This document shows, piece after piece, positions 12,418 to 25,062 of a stretch of DNA of 64,000 nucleotides. The notes under the pieces were generated by a model. The model did no database searches, had not been told where the DNA came from, and saw only the letters and a list, made by a program, of their open reading frames with translations. Both the position numbers and the translations under genes were made by a program. The first letter of the stretch is position 1. Every line of letters starts with the position of its first letter. Origin of the DNA: the human T2T-CHM13v2.0 reference genome, Homo sapiens; assembly GCF_009914755.1 (NCBI RefSeq), contig NC_060940.1, one strand, 5' to 3'.

Positions 12418-13671
12418 CAACACTACATTGTATGGTAACATTCTAATATTAAAAAGGCAGGTAATACATTATAAAGTAACATACATTTTTTCACACTATC
12501 CTACATAAATCAATTTTAATGTTGAATGAAAAAATAACATTACCTCTAAACATGACTTTTTTCATTAATTACTACCCATTTTTCTACCACTGTTCTAGAT
12601 CAACGCACTCATTTTTCGTAAGAGTAAGGTGAGTTGCAGAGAAGCAAAAGGACTGGATCCTGGTTACGTAGTACATTTTTTATAGCTCAGAGATTAAAAT
12701 CCACATTTTAATTAGCATCAGTGCTCCTTCCATTAAGGTAAATTGCTTCTTACCTGAGCTACTTATTAGAATGTTTGCATGATACAAAGTATTTTTCAGC
12801 CACTTTGTAAATAAAGATTCCAAAATAATTTCATATTAGTAAGCATAAAGAACTGTAACTAAAAAGTGAAGAGCAACTTCATTTGAATGAACAATTTAAG
12901 TTAATCTTCTTTTCAAAGAAAATCATGACTGACTAGTTTTTAAGATACATGTTGATTTATTCTAAGGGCAATAAAGAATTAGAACTCTTCGTTTTAGAAG
13001 ACAGATTGAATTTAAAAAAATAAATTGCCATAAAATATTCAGATGTCAAGAAAAACTTTAACTAATAATAAAACTATTCTTAGGTATCTATGATGAGAAA
13101 AGGCATATATGTCAAGATGTCATTTAGTTTTACTGAATCTTTAAAAATTAATACAGAAAAAAGTACCAATTGGCTGTTAAGTTTTATGGTTAGAAAGCGA
13201 AGTTAGTGGTTCTAAAATTAAGAAAAAGGAATTAAACTGACAGGATCAGATTATTTCTATCATCACCTTTGACATTCAACATTAGTCAGACATCTCATAG
13301 AGCATAGATTTTTGAATGAAAAGACTTGGTTAAGGGCAAAGAAAATTACTTAAGATAAAATATAAATAGTATATGAACAAACAAAAAATCTAGTCTCAAC
13401 AAATATTTACTGAGCCCTTATGATGTCAACCATTACTATTAATAAAACACAATTTAAAGCTTTATTGAATTGTCGCTTGGCTAGCAAAATGACAAAATAA
13501 GTATGAAACACACACGTAGTTATTTTTTCTAAAGGTATTGCAATAAAATTGATATAAAATAATACTGGAATGAAACTAATAAAAGAGGAAACCTCTTGTA
13601 TTAACCACTTATCATCTATCAGTTCTATCAATCAATTTATTAATTAATCTATCAATAGATCTGTCTATATA

Positions 13672-13840
13672 CAGATGGTCCCTAACTTAGGAATTCTTCA
13701 TTTTACTATGGTGAAAAAGTGATAGGCATTCAGTATACTCTTTGACTTATTATGGGGTTATTTTTTGATAAACCTCTATTGTAAATTGAAAATATCATTA
13801 TTGTTTATCTGGACATAACTCTAAGGTGGAGAGGCATCTG
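13672..13840. mobile_element. MER47/Tigger5-family TcMar-Tigger MITE (short, rearranged)
   Basis: TIR-like ends CAGATGGTCCCTAACTTA ... GAGAGGCATCTG flanked by TA on both sides; internal GACTTATTATGGGGTTA..GATAAACC..GTAAATTGAAAATATC. Confidence 0.75.
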
Positions 13841-14131
13841 TATACTTATCCATAAACATTAAATGTGCCAATGGAACTTTACATACTTATCTTCCTTTAG
13901 GGAATTTATTATCAGGAAAAGGTCAAAAGGAAATAAAAAGTTATAATTGTGAATATTATTAAGATGGCATTAAAAAGATAAGTTATGTGTGTATGTGCAT
14001 ACAAATCAAACTAAATGAAAATGCTAAGATACTAATTAATAAATTTTAGAGCATAATCATGAAGTGAAAAAGGTAATTTTTATATAGAACAAAACTAGAA
14101 GGCAGTTCACAAAATTGAAAATGCTTGAGTA

Positions 14132-14489
<358 letters not shown>

Positions 14490-15349
14490 TTAATTCCATT
14501 GTTATTCCAATATAAAGTTAACATTAAATCGTGAAAAAAATTTGAGACATTTGTGGGGAAGAATGTTGCTTGCTTTTTGGGAGAACAACTAGAAACTAGC
14601 TCTCTGTTTGAAGATCAAATGAAGCTCATGTAGAGGCATAGAACTGCAGCCATTTAGTCACCATGAGTGACTTTAACCTGTCAGATGAAGATGATACTAT
14701 GGAAAGATGAGTGTGGGAATAAACATTAACTAGTTATTTTTATGCCACTTTATTAAAATAAGATTGAAAAGTGGCAAATATCTATATGTGGAACACCGAG
14801 AAAAATTTTAGTTTACTTTTAATGCAGTGGTTTACATTTATCTATTCCATGCTCAGAAGCAGATGCAGATTTATAGAATTAAAATAAGCAGGTAACCACC
14901 TACTATCACCTCTAGTACTTGTGCTTAATTCAATCAGCTTTTGACATTTCCCTGACAATGGGAGTTAGCTTAAGAATATGCTGGTCAACAAATTAAGCCA
15001 ATAAGACATGAGGAAGGTTTCCTGGAAGATATCTGACCTCTGATGTCTTCTCATGCTTTGCTTCTTAATTTGCTGCAACACCACCAAGTATTCCTCACCC
15101 AAGAAATGAGCCTTGGCTGTGTCAATTCAGGTCAAACCAATTTGAGGGGTGTTCTTAATTCTTTTTCCTGCAGTACTGTTCTTCAAAGGCAAGTTCTTCT
15201 TTCCTGATTGTCCATTATTATTCGGCTGAGTGTGATTCTACTCCTCTCTTTTGGACTGGCCCTTGGTATTTTTGTCTCCTAGCTGTCTCTTTCCAATTTG
15301 TGTCAGATATAACCTTATTTAGTAATTCTAAAACTAGACTCCATTTTCC

Positions 15350-15467
15350 TTAGCTGATTAAATTTAATGCTGTCACTTAGGTCCTATGCCTGCAAATTTC
15401 ATTTCATTGGTCTGAGGCATAAACTGGACATAAGGATGTTTAAGCACTCAACATTGAGAACTACTAG
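15350..15467. mobile_element. MER5-like hAT MITE fragment
   Basis: TTTCATTGGTCTGAGG... and terminal TTGAGAACTACT. Confidence 0.4.
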
Positions 15468-15809
15468 CCCACTGGAACCATCTGCTTTAATTTTCTACAG
15501 ATAGAGTTTTCTTCTCCAGTTGGGGAATCCTCCACAATCTGGGAGATTTGTACTTCAGGAGTAGTAGTCAAATGGGATGGAGTTTGATTTTGTTCTTAAT
15601 GCCACAACAGAAATCATGATTGGCATGCACACTGGTGGAGATGTTCAAGAAAGTTTTACATATACAAATAGACAAATAAATATATAGGCCCATAAATGCT
15701 ACAGGAGTACATCAATATTTAGTTTCAATAGTTGCACAGCAATTTTAATATATTTTTAAAATTCCATCTTTATAAATAACTCCAAAACTTGTGATTTCTT
15801 TCCCATTAT

Positions 15810-16320
15810 TGTAAAGGAGCAAACTAATTTTCTTACTCTTAATTTTCAGCCCTTATGATTGACAACACCGTTCATTCAGATAACCAAGCCTGAAAACTGT
15901 GTGCCATCTTCATGCTCGCTTTTTTCACTCTTTCCCATAAAGTCAATCACTAAGTCTTGTTGATTATATCTTCTTTGTAAATCTAGAATATATATTATTT
16001 TTTCCCACTGCCAAGGCTTTTCTCATTCTACCTACAGTTAAAATAGTATCTCTATTGTCTTCAATCTCTGGTAGATACATCTCAAATCTCTCTCTCTCAC
16101 ATAGCCTGCAAGTTTCATTTTTCTCATGCAATTTTTTAAAAAATTAATTTGTTACTCTTCTGCTTAGACAGCTTTGTTGCTTCCCCCGTAACATTTCCAT
16201 AGAAAATTGAAACCATTTCTTTTATTCATAGAAAGTTTAGAGTCTGACTCATTTTTGAAACTTTAGCCTCACTGCCTAATACTCTCCCACATAAACTTTT
16301 GTGTCTAGACACATCAGCAA
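15810..16320 (+). mobile_element. L2 LINE fragment
   Basis: ACCAAGCCTGAAAACTGTGTGCCATCTT..AGTCAATCACTAAGTCTTGTTGATT..GTTACTCTTCTGCTTA pattern of L2 3' region. Confidence 0.65.
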
Positions 16321-17730
16321 GCAACAGTGCCCTTCATAAGGATGACTTTTTAAAGCAAAGTTTTCTTCTTGGGTCTTTACCAAGCTAAATGTAGAAAGCG
16401 GCATCTTTGCAATTTATGAAGAATAAAAAAGTTGCTATCTTTCAGGAAAGGTGACAACAGCTGAGGGTCCCTGGGTTGGATTTGAAGCTATCTATGTCAG
16501 GGAAAAGAAGTGCTCCTTCCTTGGGCCTTTGACAGTTGTGGCAACTTTCAGCATTGCATGTACAGAGCCAGACGCTGCTTTCATCTGCTTGGCAGAGGGG
16601 AAAGAGACTCTGGAAGGGCTGCCAAGTTTTCAACAGAGGGGCTTTCAGTTCCAGAGCAGGGACCCTTAAGGACCAGTAGGCCCAGCTCCCCAACTTCACG
16701 CCCAAGGACTTGGCAGGCACTGAGCTGTCCTCATTAAAATCCAGTTTGGATCATGGCACTCTTTCATTCCTACCCAGCTGTAGCCAAGTGGAAAAAAAAA
16801 AAATAGAAGAAAAACCAGATAATAGAGGATCACACACACACACTGCAAACCAAAAATGTAAACTGGAATTAGGCAAAACATCAAATTTGATTTTAATAGT
16901 TGTCAGAATGCTATACAGGTAGCTCCATGCCTCTGGAGCCTTCCTTTAATCATCTGGTTTCATTCTTTTTTTTCTTGCTGCCCTAATTATTCCTGCTTTT
17001 AATATCCCCCCACTGGCTCTAATTTAACTTTTCTGTAGTTTCAGCTTGTTTGCCAGGCAGGTTCCCTTTCACTTTCAAAGCCCAGCTCAATTCTTGTGTC
17101 CAGGCAGTAAAGGTTATCAGGGAAGTTTGTCAGATCCCTGCTTCCTCTGGAGTTTCTGTCACCCTTGCGCTGTGATTTCTGTGATTAGTCAATATGAGCT
17201 CAGTCCCAAAGAGGGGCTCTGGTTTTCAAGATTAGAGGGGCTGATGCTCTGCACACATTTTCTTCCTTGTCCCTTTCTCTCCTCATTCTCCCCTAACTGA
17301 AATGCACTTTCATCACGTTTGATTTCAAAAAATCTGTTTAATGTTCTACTGAGTCTTCTGTGGTCCTTACACTACGGTAGGAAATATCTGTAGCAAGCTC
17401 TGGGGTGCTGGATCAGCTGCTTAGGTCTTTCAAAAAGTGAAAGTTACTTTTATTATTGGCACAGTGCTAGTTTTCTACTTGTTTACATCCATTATAATGA
17501 CCCAATCACAATGTGATTGCTAAGGTCATGAAAGGTGTTCTGTTATAAAAACTACGTTTTTTAGGTTGCATGTTCTTCAAGTGAAATCTTCCAAGGTGAA
17601 ATTTTAATGGGAAGCATCTCACAAATGAGCCTATCATTCTTTAGGAGAGTTGAAAACAACATCTTTGGGGAAATGTTGAGTTTCAAATGAGAAATAAACA
17701 ATATATTGCAGGTTTTTTTTGAAGGAAATA

Positions 17731-17985
17731 TTCATTCATTTATTAATTCAAAGGATATGTATTAAGTGCTCCAGTGGCAGGTACAGCAGTAGGTGTTAAA
17801 ATTAGAGACTGTGAAATCATTCCTTTCAAGATACTCACAAGAAATTTGGAAAGAGACATGTAAAGACATCATTACAATGTGGTGAGACTAAAATAGCACC
17901 AAGTAGATGAAAATTTCACAGTATAGGCAGGTAGGAGAGATCATCAGTTGACTGGAAATTTGGTGGGAATCCTGAAAAGATAAGA
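17731..17985 (-). mobile_element. L2 3' end
   Basis: TTCATTCATTTATTAATTCAAAGGATATGTATTAAGTGCT; a related piece lies at ~18905-19050. Confidence 0.6.
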
Positions 17986-18299
17986 AACAGATGGAAACAG
18001 ATGGGAGCAAAGAAATCATAGTCTCAAATAGATTTTAGAGAAGCTTGGTACAGTATGAGGATTTGTGTGGGTGAACGCTAGACTTGTAGTTAAGAGATTG
18101 AAAAGTTAGAGGCAATAACACATATTCTGTTATTAAAAGAGGAGTTACATATAGAGTAGCAAATATGCAAGAGCCATTGAGTTTTCCTGTGACCAGTATA
18201 TTGAATGTGAGCCTTGGAACTAGAGCAGCAAGATAGTGTCCCTGAGGGCAAATGATTCCAAGGTACGGTGAATCTTTTCACATAAAAGGAAAAATGGCT

Positions 18300-18905
18300 G
18301 GTAGAACTACTCCCACCTACAATAAATCTACAGTCACGTTATTACCACATATTGGAATACAGTGAATACCCTATGAATGTTAAAAAAAAGGGGGAGGGAT
18401 TAAAACAGGAATTTCAACAGTATCTGCCAAAACAAAACATTAAGAGCAATAGTAGCACCAGATATAAAAAAGTAATTTAAAGGATATTAAATGAGAAGAT
18501 AGGGTATTTTAATTTGATAAAAATTCAACCCACAATGAAGACATAATATTATAGACTTCAACAACTTCAACAAATCAGAAACAATTCTAAGAAAAAGTAT
18601 ATTTCTTTCTAACATACCACCTTAAAAATTCAATAGGTTAGGCAGAACAAAAATAAGATGTAGAAAATGTAAATGACTCAACAGAATTTACTCATATACA
18701 CATATAAATATTTATACATAAATATGTATAAATATATCTATATATTTGTACTTATAAACAAATTATGAACCATATGGAATCATATATCATTAGTTTCTAA
18801 ACCAAAAAATACAATGTGCTTTTCAATACATATGAAATATTACCTGAAATATCTATCAAGTATATTCCACTAACAATAAATAAATTCTAAAGAGCAGGAA
18901 AACAT
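18300..18905 (+). mobile_element. Ancient L1 (L1M) ORF2 5' fragment
   Basis: A-rich, degenerate endonuclease-region motifs (TTGATAAAAATTCAACCCACAATGAAGACATAATA; TACAATGTGCTTTTCAATACATATGAAATATT). Confidence 0.5.
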
Positions 18906-19054
18906 AGCAAAAGAACATGCTACGGAAGCATGGAGGAGAGATAAATATGGCCAAAAAAGGTTGCGAAGGGCCACATAGAGAAGGAGATTTGAAGGCTGAA
19001 AGACTAAGGCCAATGAATTATAGGGCAAGGGGCATTCTAGCACACAGAATGGTT

Positions 19055-19580
19055 TGGAAAGAATTGTCTTATTCAGAGATTTTTTTTGGCACTAAAGCAA
19101 CTCAAATTCATTCAAATAAGCTATGACAACAAGTGATAATTATTGGAAATAGAAAGGAATCATTCTGTGGAAATTTTGCCAGTGCACAAAGGCAAACCTC
19201 CTATAGTCTGGAAACAGACTGTCAGATTGGCCAGGGATTAAGACTATCCCTCTCTTTATCTCTGATTTTGTCCTTGTGTTCTTCTCTTGCCCACTTCATC
19301 TTTTTATCTCACTACATTTTTTTTTCTATTTTCTGGTCTGTGTTGATCTGTTTCATTTTTCTCTTTTTTCTGAGTGCTTTCTCTGGTTCTCTTTGCAGAA
19401 AAATAGCCCATAAGTCTTAGGAGGTCCCTCGAGATAAACATATCCCCAGAAAAAAATAGCATTCCTCAGTTTCAATTTCACATTTCTGAAAGAGAATCAG
19501 ATTTGTTTAATTTGGGTCAAGGGCTTATTCTAGTTCAAGAGAGTGCAGAGGCTCAGATGGAAAACTATAGCCTCCTACTT
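19055..19580 (-). mobile_element. Old MaLR LTR (MLT1N2-like)
   Basis: TGTCTTATTCAG start, CTCAAATTCATTCAAATAAGCT, AGAGAATCAGATTTG..TTGGGTCAAG. Confidence 0.45.
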
Positions 19581-20165
19581 ATTTAGCAGATTCTATGAAG
19601 ACAATTTGAGAAGATACTCAGAAGTGTAAGTGAGAGGATGACAGTAAATGTGGTTGAAAATGGAAGCAAAAATAAAATCACTGAAGATCTTGGTTTCCGA
19701 ACATCCCCCTACTCTCAGATGGCAGGTGAAAGAGAATACCTCAACAATTTTAAGCAAAATATAGCATGCCCAGGAGCTTGGAAATGGAGTGATGGCGCTA
19801 GAAACTGAGAAATTGAAAGCATGCAAAACAGTAGGGAATGGAAAGAAAGAATCATTAAAGAGAACATTTTTCAGTCCCCTAGTTTAGAGTTGTGCAGATG
19901 CCCGGCACTCATTGGTCTGAATTGTCTAATAATAGCACTTTGACCTTTCTCCTTGAGCCCTTGTAAGTCTCTAAATGTCTACAATTTGAAAGTAAAATTA
20001 TGGTCTTTCAATCTGAAAGTTTAGATTAAAAAATGTGAATAGGCTGATATTTGAATAGCTGGATCAACTATTCATATTTCTGGTTATAAACTTTGATTAT
20101 TCCCCCTTGAATTTGAACTAGTTTATTTTTCTGGAATAATAAAATTAATAGAAAAGTCAGTTTCA

Positions 20166-20446
20166 GGCCGGGCGCGGTGGCTCACGCCTGTAATCCCAGC
20201 ACTTTGGGAGGCCGAGGCGGGCGGATCACGAGGTCAGGAGATCGAGACCATCCTGGCTAACATGGTGAAACCCCGTCTCTACTAAAAATACAAAAAAATT
20301 AGCCGGGCGTGGTGATGGGCGTCTGTAGTCTCAGCTACTCAGGAGGCTGAGGCAGGAGAATGGCATGAATCCAGGAAGCGGAGCTTGCAGTGAGCCGAGA
20401 TTGCGCCACTGCCCTCCAGCCTGGGCAACAGAGCGAAACTCTGTCT

Positions 20447-20477
<31 letters not shown>
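20166..20477 (+). mobile_element. AluY SINE
   Basis: AluY diagnostics, ~30-nt poly(A), perfect 14-bp TSD AAAAGTCAGTTTCA. Confidence 0.95.
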
Positions 20478-20480
<3 letters not shown>

Positions 20481-20795
20481 AGTTTCAAAACAAACTAAAA
20501 CATAATTTTAAAAATGGCTCTTAAAAGCCTACATTTGCCTCTGGTATGCCCATTTTAAACTTTCTAAATCACAATTTTATAATTAAAGATAAATAATGAG
20601 CTTTCCAACTATATTTATCTAAATCAACTCTTCCTATCCCCCGAGTTATGAATATCATTGATACACATCCAATCTGATGGTAAGCCCCATTTGAAATACT
20701 AATTTTGTTGCATGTTTGACCAGGGACATGCAAGTTACTACATCCCCATGAAACACACTCCTTTTCCGGGCAGTTCTGACCTAACGGCATTCTTC

Positions 20796-21103
<308 letters not shown>

Positions 21104-22603
21104 GTCATTCTTCTTTCTATTGAACCAAAGTCAGTATTTCTATAAAATATTGAAAAAAATCCTGAATAATATATAAATATTGATATGTATGAATTATATT
21201 GTTATATATTTACAATAACAATAACGGTAGTTTTTGATTTTTTTTTTTTAGCTATAAGAGCTGAGTCTACTTACCATGTAGTCTGTACTCTCAGATTTCC
21301 ACTCCTCTACTACTCATTGACTTTGACTGTTCCATTGTAGTTTTTTCCCCAACATTTCCTCCCATGATGCAAATAGTCCTGTTAAGGACATCACTGTGAT
21401 ATTTTAGTTTACCCCTTCAAGTCAGATGCTCTGAAACCAATAAAATTGCAACTGCACATTTAAGTTTGATTCCATGATCTATTGAGTTCTTTTGCTTAAT
21501 AGCCCAATAACTTTTCCAGTTCCAAGATTCTGTGATTCCATAAGACCAGTGGTGTCACTTTAGTGCCCCCTTGACATGGCTTCATTCTCAACATGGAACA
21601 CTCATTACTCCATGTTATGTAAACATAACACCATGTCAGAAAACATCAGTTGTTGCCTTTCCACAGATATGGATAACAGCTGTTTGTCTGACAACATAGA
21701 TGAGTTAGTGCCCTGTGTGACTTCAGAGCCTTAAAACAGCTTTTTGTCTTCAGCATAAAGATAACCCTTCACTCTTTGAAGACTCAGATTACAAAATTTC
21801 ATAAGGTGAAGATAGTCAGACTTCAGAATGATGATAATTTTGAAACATTGTATTTTCCTTTCCTGGCCTGTTGGGTCAAAACCATCTGGTAATTTGCTTC
21901 TCTATGCTGTTACTTCTTGAGTTAGCTTCAGAGAGTTTCTGTGTGGTCAATTATTTTTATTTTCTATTTAACTCTCAGGCTATACATGTTTCTTATCTTT
22001 TTATGGCTGCATAATGCTTCTGATTCATCTACCAGAACTTTAGCATATGATATGAACATGTTCTCTCATAACATGTTCATAGGGTCAGATAAATGTTGGC
22101 TGAATAATTTTCTTTTGTATGATGATTACAGAAAAAATCCTAGCTCATCAGTCTATCCATTTTCAGGGAGACTGTCCCTCAAAGTTCTGTGCTTAAAGAT
22201 TAAAGACATACTGTTTTTATTTGCAGAGAAAATAAAGCTTGGAGAATTTGTTTAACTGACACACTAGAGGGAGATACGTCAACATCAATAACAAAAGAAA
22301 ATGCAGACATCAACATCTATTAAAATCAATTTTAATAAAAAACTATCTTCAAAAGGGTTTTTCTTTTACTTTCCGTATTTTATTTTCCACTCTTACTTCA
22401 TACAGGATCATTTTCATCAACAGCCAATTATACTATGCATGCAATTATTTCATGCTTCTATGTTTTTGCCTCACTCATTCCCATTGCCTAGAATGTCCCT
22501 CTCATTTTGCCAAACGAGGTCTAGCTGCCTTTTAGAACTTTCTCTAATATCCGCCTTTTTTCACTGAACCTCAAAACATGAATAAATTTATAAATATGTG
22601 TAA

Positions 22604-22909
<306 letters not shown>

Positions 22910-22999
22910 AAAATATGTGTAACCTCTATAAACAAGTATATATGTCTTCTGTGTTCCTCTGAGGAACACAGGTGAGCAAACTGTGTTGCTCAGGGGTCA

Positions 23000-24790
23000 A
23001 ATGTGTTATGCTAACCGAGGGTACAGTACTGACCAGGAGATATTCAGGCTTTGCTCTTAAGACCTTATGCTGTGATGGAGACAGATCAAGAAGCAAGCAA
23101 AGAAAAATGAATCAAACAATTGCAAATTGTGGTATTTAAAAAAAGTTTAAAAGATTAATATAGATCATAAAAGAGATAATGAATTTTTGGAAGCACAGTG
23201 ATAAACATTAACATTGAGAGACAGAGTAGCCAGGTGAAGGGGGCCATGGTTGATGGTAGTGGTGGAGATCATCCAGGTGGAGAATAGAGCTTCACATATT
23301 AAAGAAACTGGAACAAGATGGGTATGGTGTGAGCAGTATAAGCAAAGAATATTGAGGCAGGTTGAGTTTAGAGGCCTAGGCAGGCTCATTCAGAGCCTTT
23401 TGATGGGCAAACATTTTGTTTTGCTATTTTGGGGGAAGTTACTAAAACCTTTAATGTATGCCTCACTTTGTTTTGATATAAAATTAATCTAAAGTAGTCA
23501 GATCTTCAGCATCCAGCTAGATTAGTTTTGGAGGTTGTAAACTATTGGTACCACTATCTAAAACAAAATATAGATTACACGCATATTGTATGATTAGAAA
23601 GTTAACCCTTCCAGAACATTCCCTTGGACTTGTTTCCAGTCAATTTTCCCCTTGTCCACTAACTTCCATCTTCCTCATAGCAACCACAATTCTGATTTTT
23701 CTTATTACTAGTTTTGTTTCATTTGGATTTCAATGAAATAGAATCATACAATATGAGTGTAATCTAATTTTTACACGTTAAAAATATCACACTTATGTAC
23801 AGAAAGGTGCAACTTTACTAAGTAAAATTTAGGGTATACCATTCAGAGTACAACTTCAACTGTTCAGATGTATAATTGTGTACACATCTACACACATGGC
23901 ACACTAAATTAACATGGTAGTCAACAGAGAACTGTACAGATTTGAGATCACTTTTATGAAAGTTTCTGAAACTTGCTCATGTATCATATGGAGTGTTTGA
24001 AAGAACGGGGGAACTTTAATGTCTCCATTGATATTCTGCATGGAAAACTGAGTAGATGATAGAAGGCAGGTCATGGTAATGCAAATCAAAAGATAAATTC
24101 TGGGAAGTTGTGTTTGAGATACATATGGGATTATTCCAGGGCTATAGAAAGTTTAGATATAAAAATATCATAATCACCGAGAATTCTTGCCTAAATGTAT
24201 AAATCTAGTAGTGATTAGCATAAGAATAGTGATTAATTCCTTGGGAACTATTAGGTCGGTGTAAAAGTAATTGCTGTTTTGCCATTACTTTCAATTGGCA
24301 AGAAACGCAATTGCACCAAACTAGTAATAACTTTATTGGGAGCAGGTGGTGGCAGGAGTATAATAAAGTGACTATGACCAAACCCTGAGCAAACCCAATT
24401 TACAGCAACCACAATTTACAGATTTGAGATTGAGGGGAAGACATCACAGGAAAATAATGGGGGAAAAACCATAGAATTAAAAAAAAAAATACATCAGCAG
24501 AGCGGTAAGCTTCAGTCCAAATACAATATTTCAAATTGAAAAGAGTACCTTATTTTTTTGAGAGCTAATGAAAAGTCCGTTATGATGAGAACAGAGAAAG
24601 CCATTCTTTGCCAGTGTGGAAGGCATGAATGACTTTAATGAGTACAGCTTCAGTGGAATAGTATAACCAAAACTGAATCAGAATGGGCTGAAGAGTGAGA
24701 GGGATATAAGCAGATGAAGATAGCTTGTATAGACAATAGTTTTGAGAAAATGGACCAGGACAGAGAGCAGAGAAGATTCATGGCTGAAAC
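23000..24790 (-). mobile_element. Fragmented L2 LINE, interrupted by an L1ME-like piece (~23500-23780) and MADE1
   Basis: Successive L2-like segments, e.g. GACTTTAATGAGTACAGCTTCAGTGGAATAG..GAATGGGCTGAAGAGTGAG..TATAGACAATAGTTTTGAGAA. Confidence 0.6.
24251..24324. mobile_element. MADE1 (Hsmar1-derived mariner MITE)
   Basis: TA-TTAGGTCGGTGTAAAAGTAATTGCTGTTTTGCCATTACTTTCAATTGGCAAGAAACGCAATTGCACCAAACTAG-TA; palindromic, small deletion in right TIR. Confidence 0.9.
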
Positions 24791-25012
24791 GACGTCACAG
24801 ATTTAACTTCTGGATTGTACTTAACCAGTGAGCAGATGATTGGTGGTCTGAACATATAAAACAGAATGGATAAGAAACCAGAGGGGTAAAAATGTGTTTT
24901 TTTTGGAAAATATTTGCCATCTATTTTGATCAGAGAATAGACATGTGGTTGGTAGCAACTGGAAATAAGGCAGAAAAGACTAAGTTCATACTTGGCAACA
25001 CTATAGAAAGCA

Positions 25013-25048
<36 letters not shown>

Positions 25049-25062
25049 TGGTGTGTGTATAT
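25013..25062. repeat. (TA)n(TG)n compound microsatellite
   Basis: Direct reading. Confidence 0.95.
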
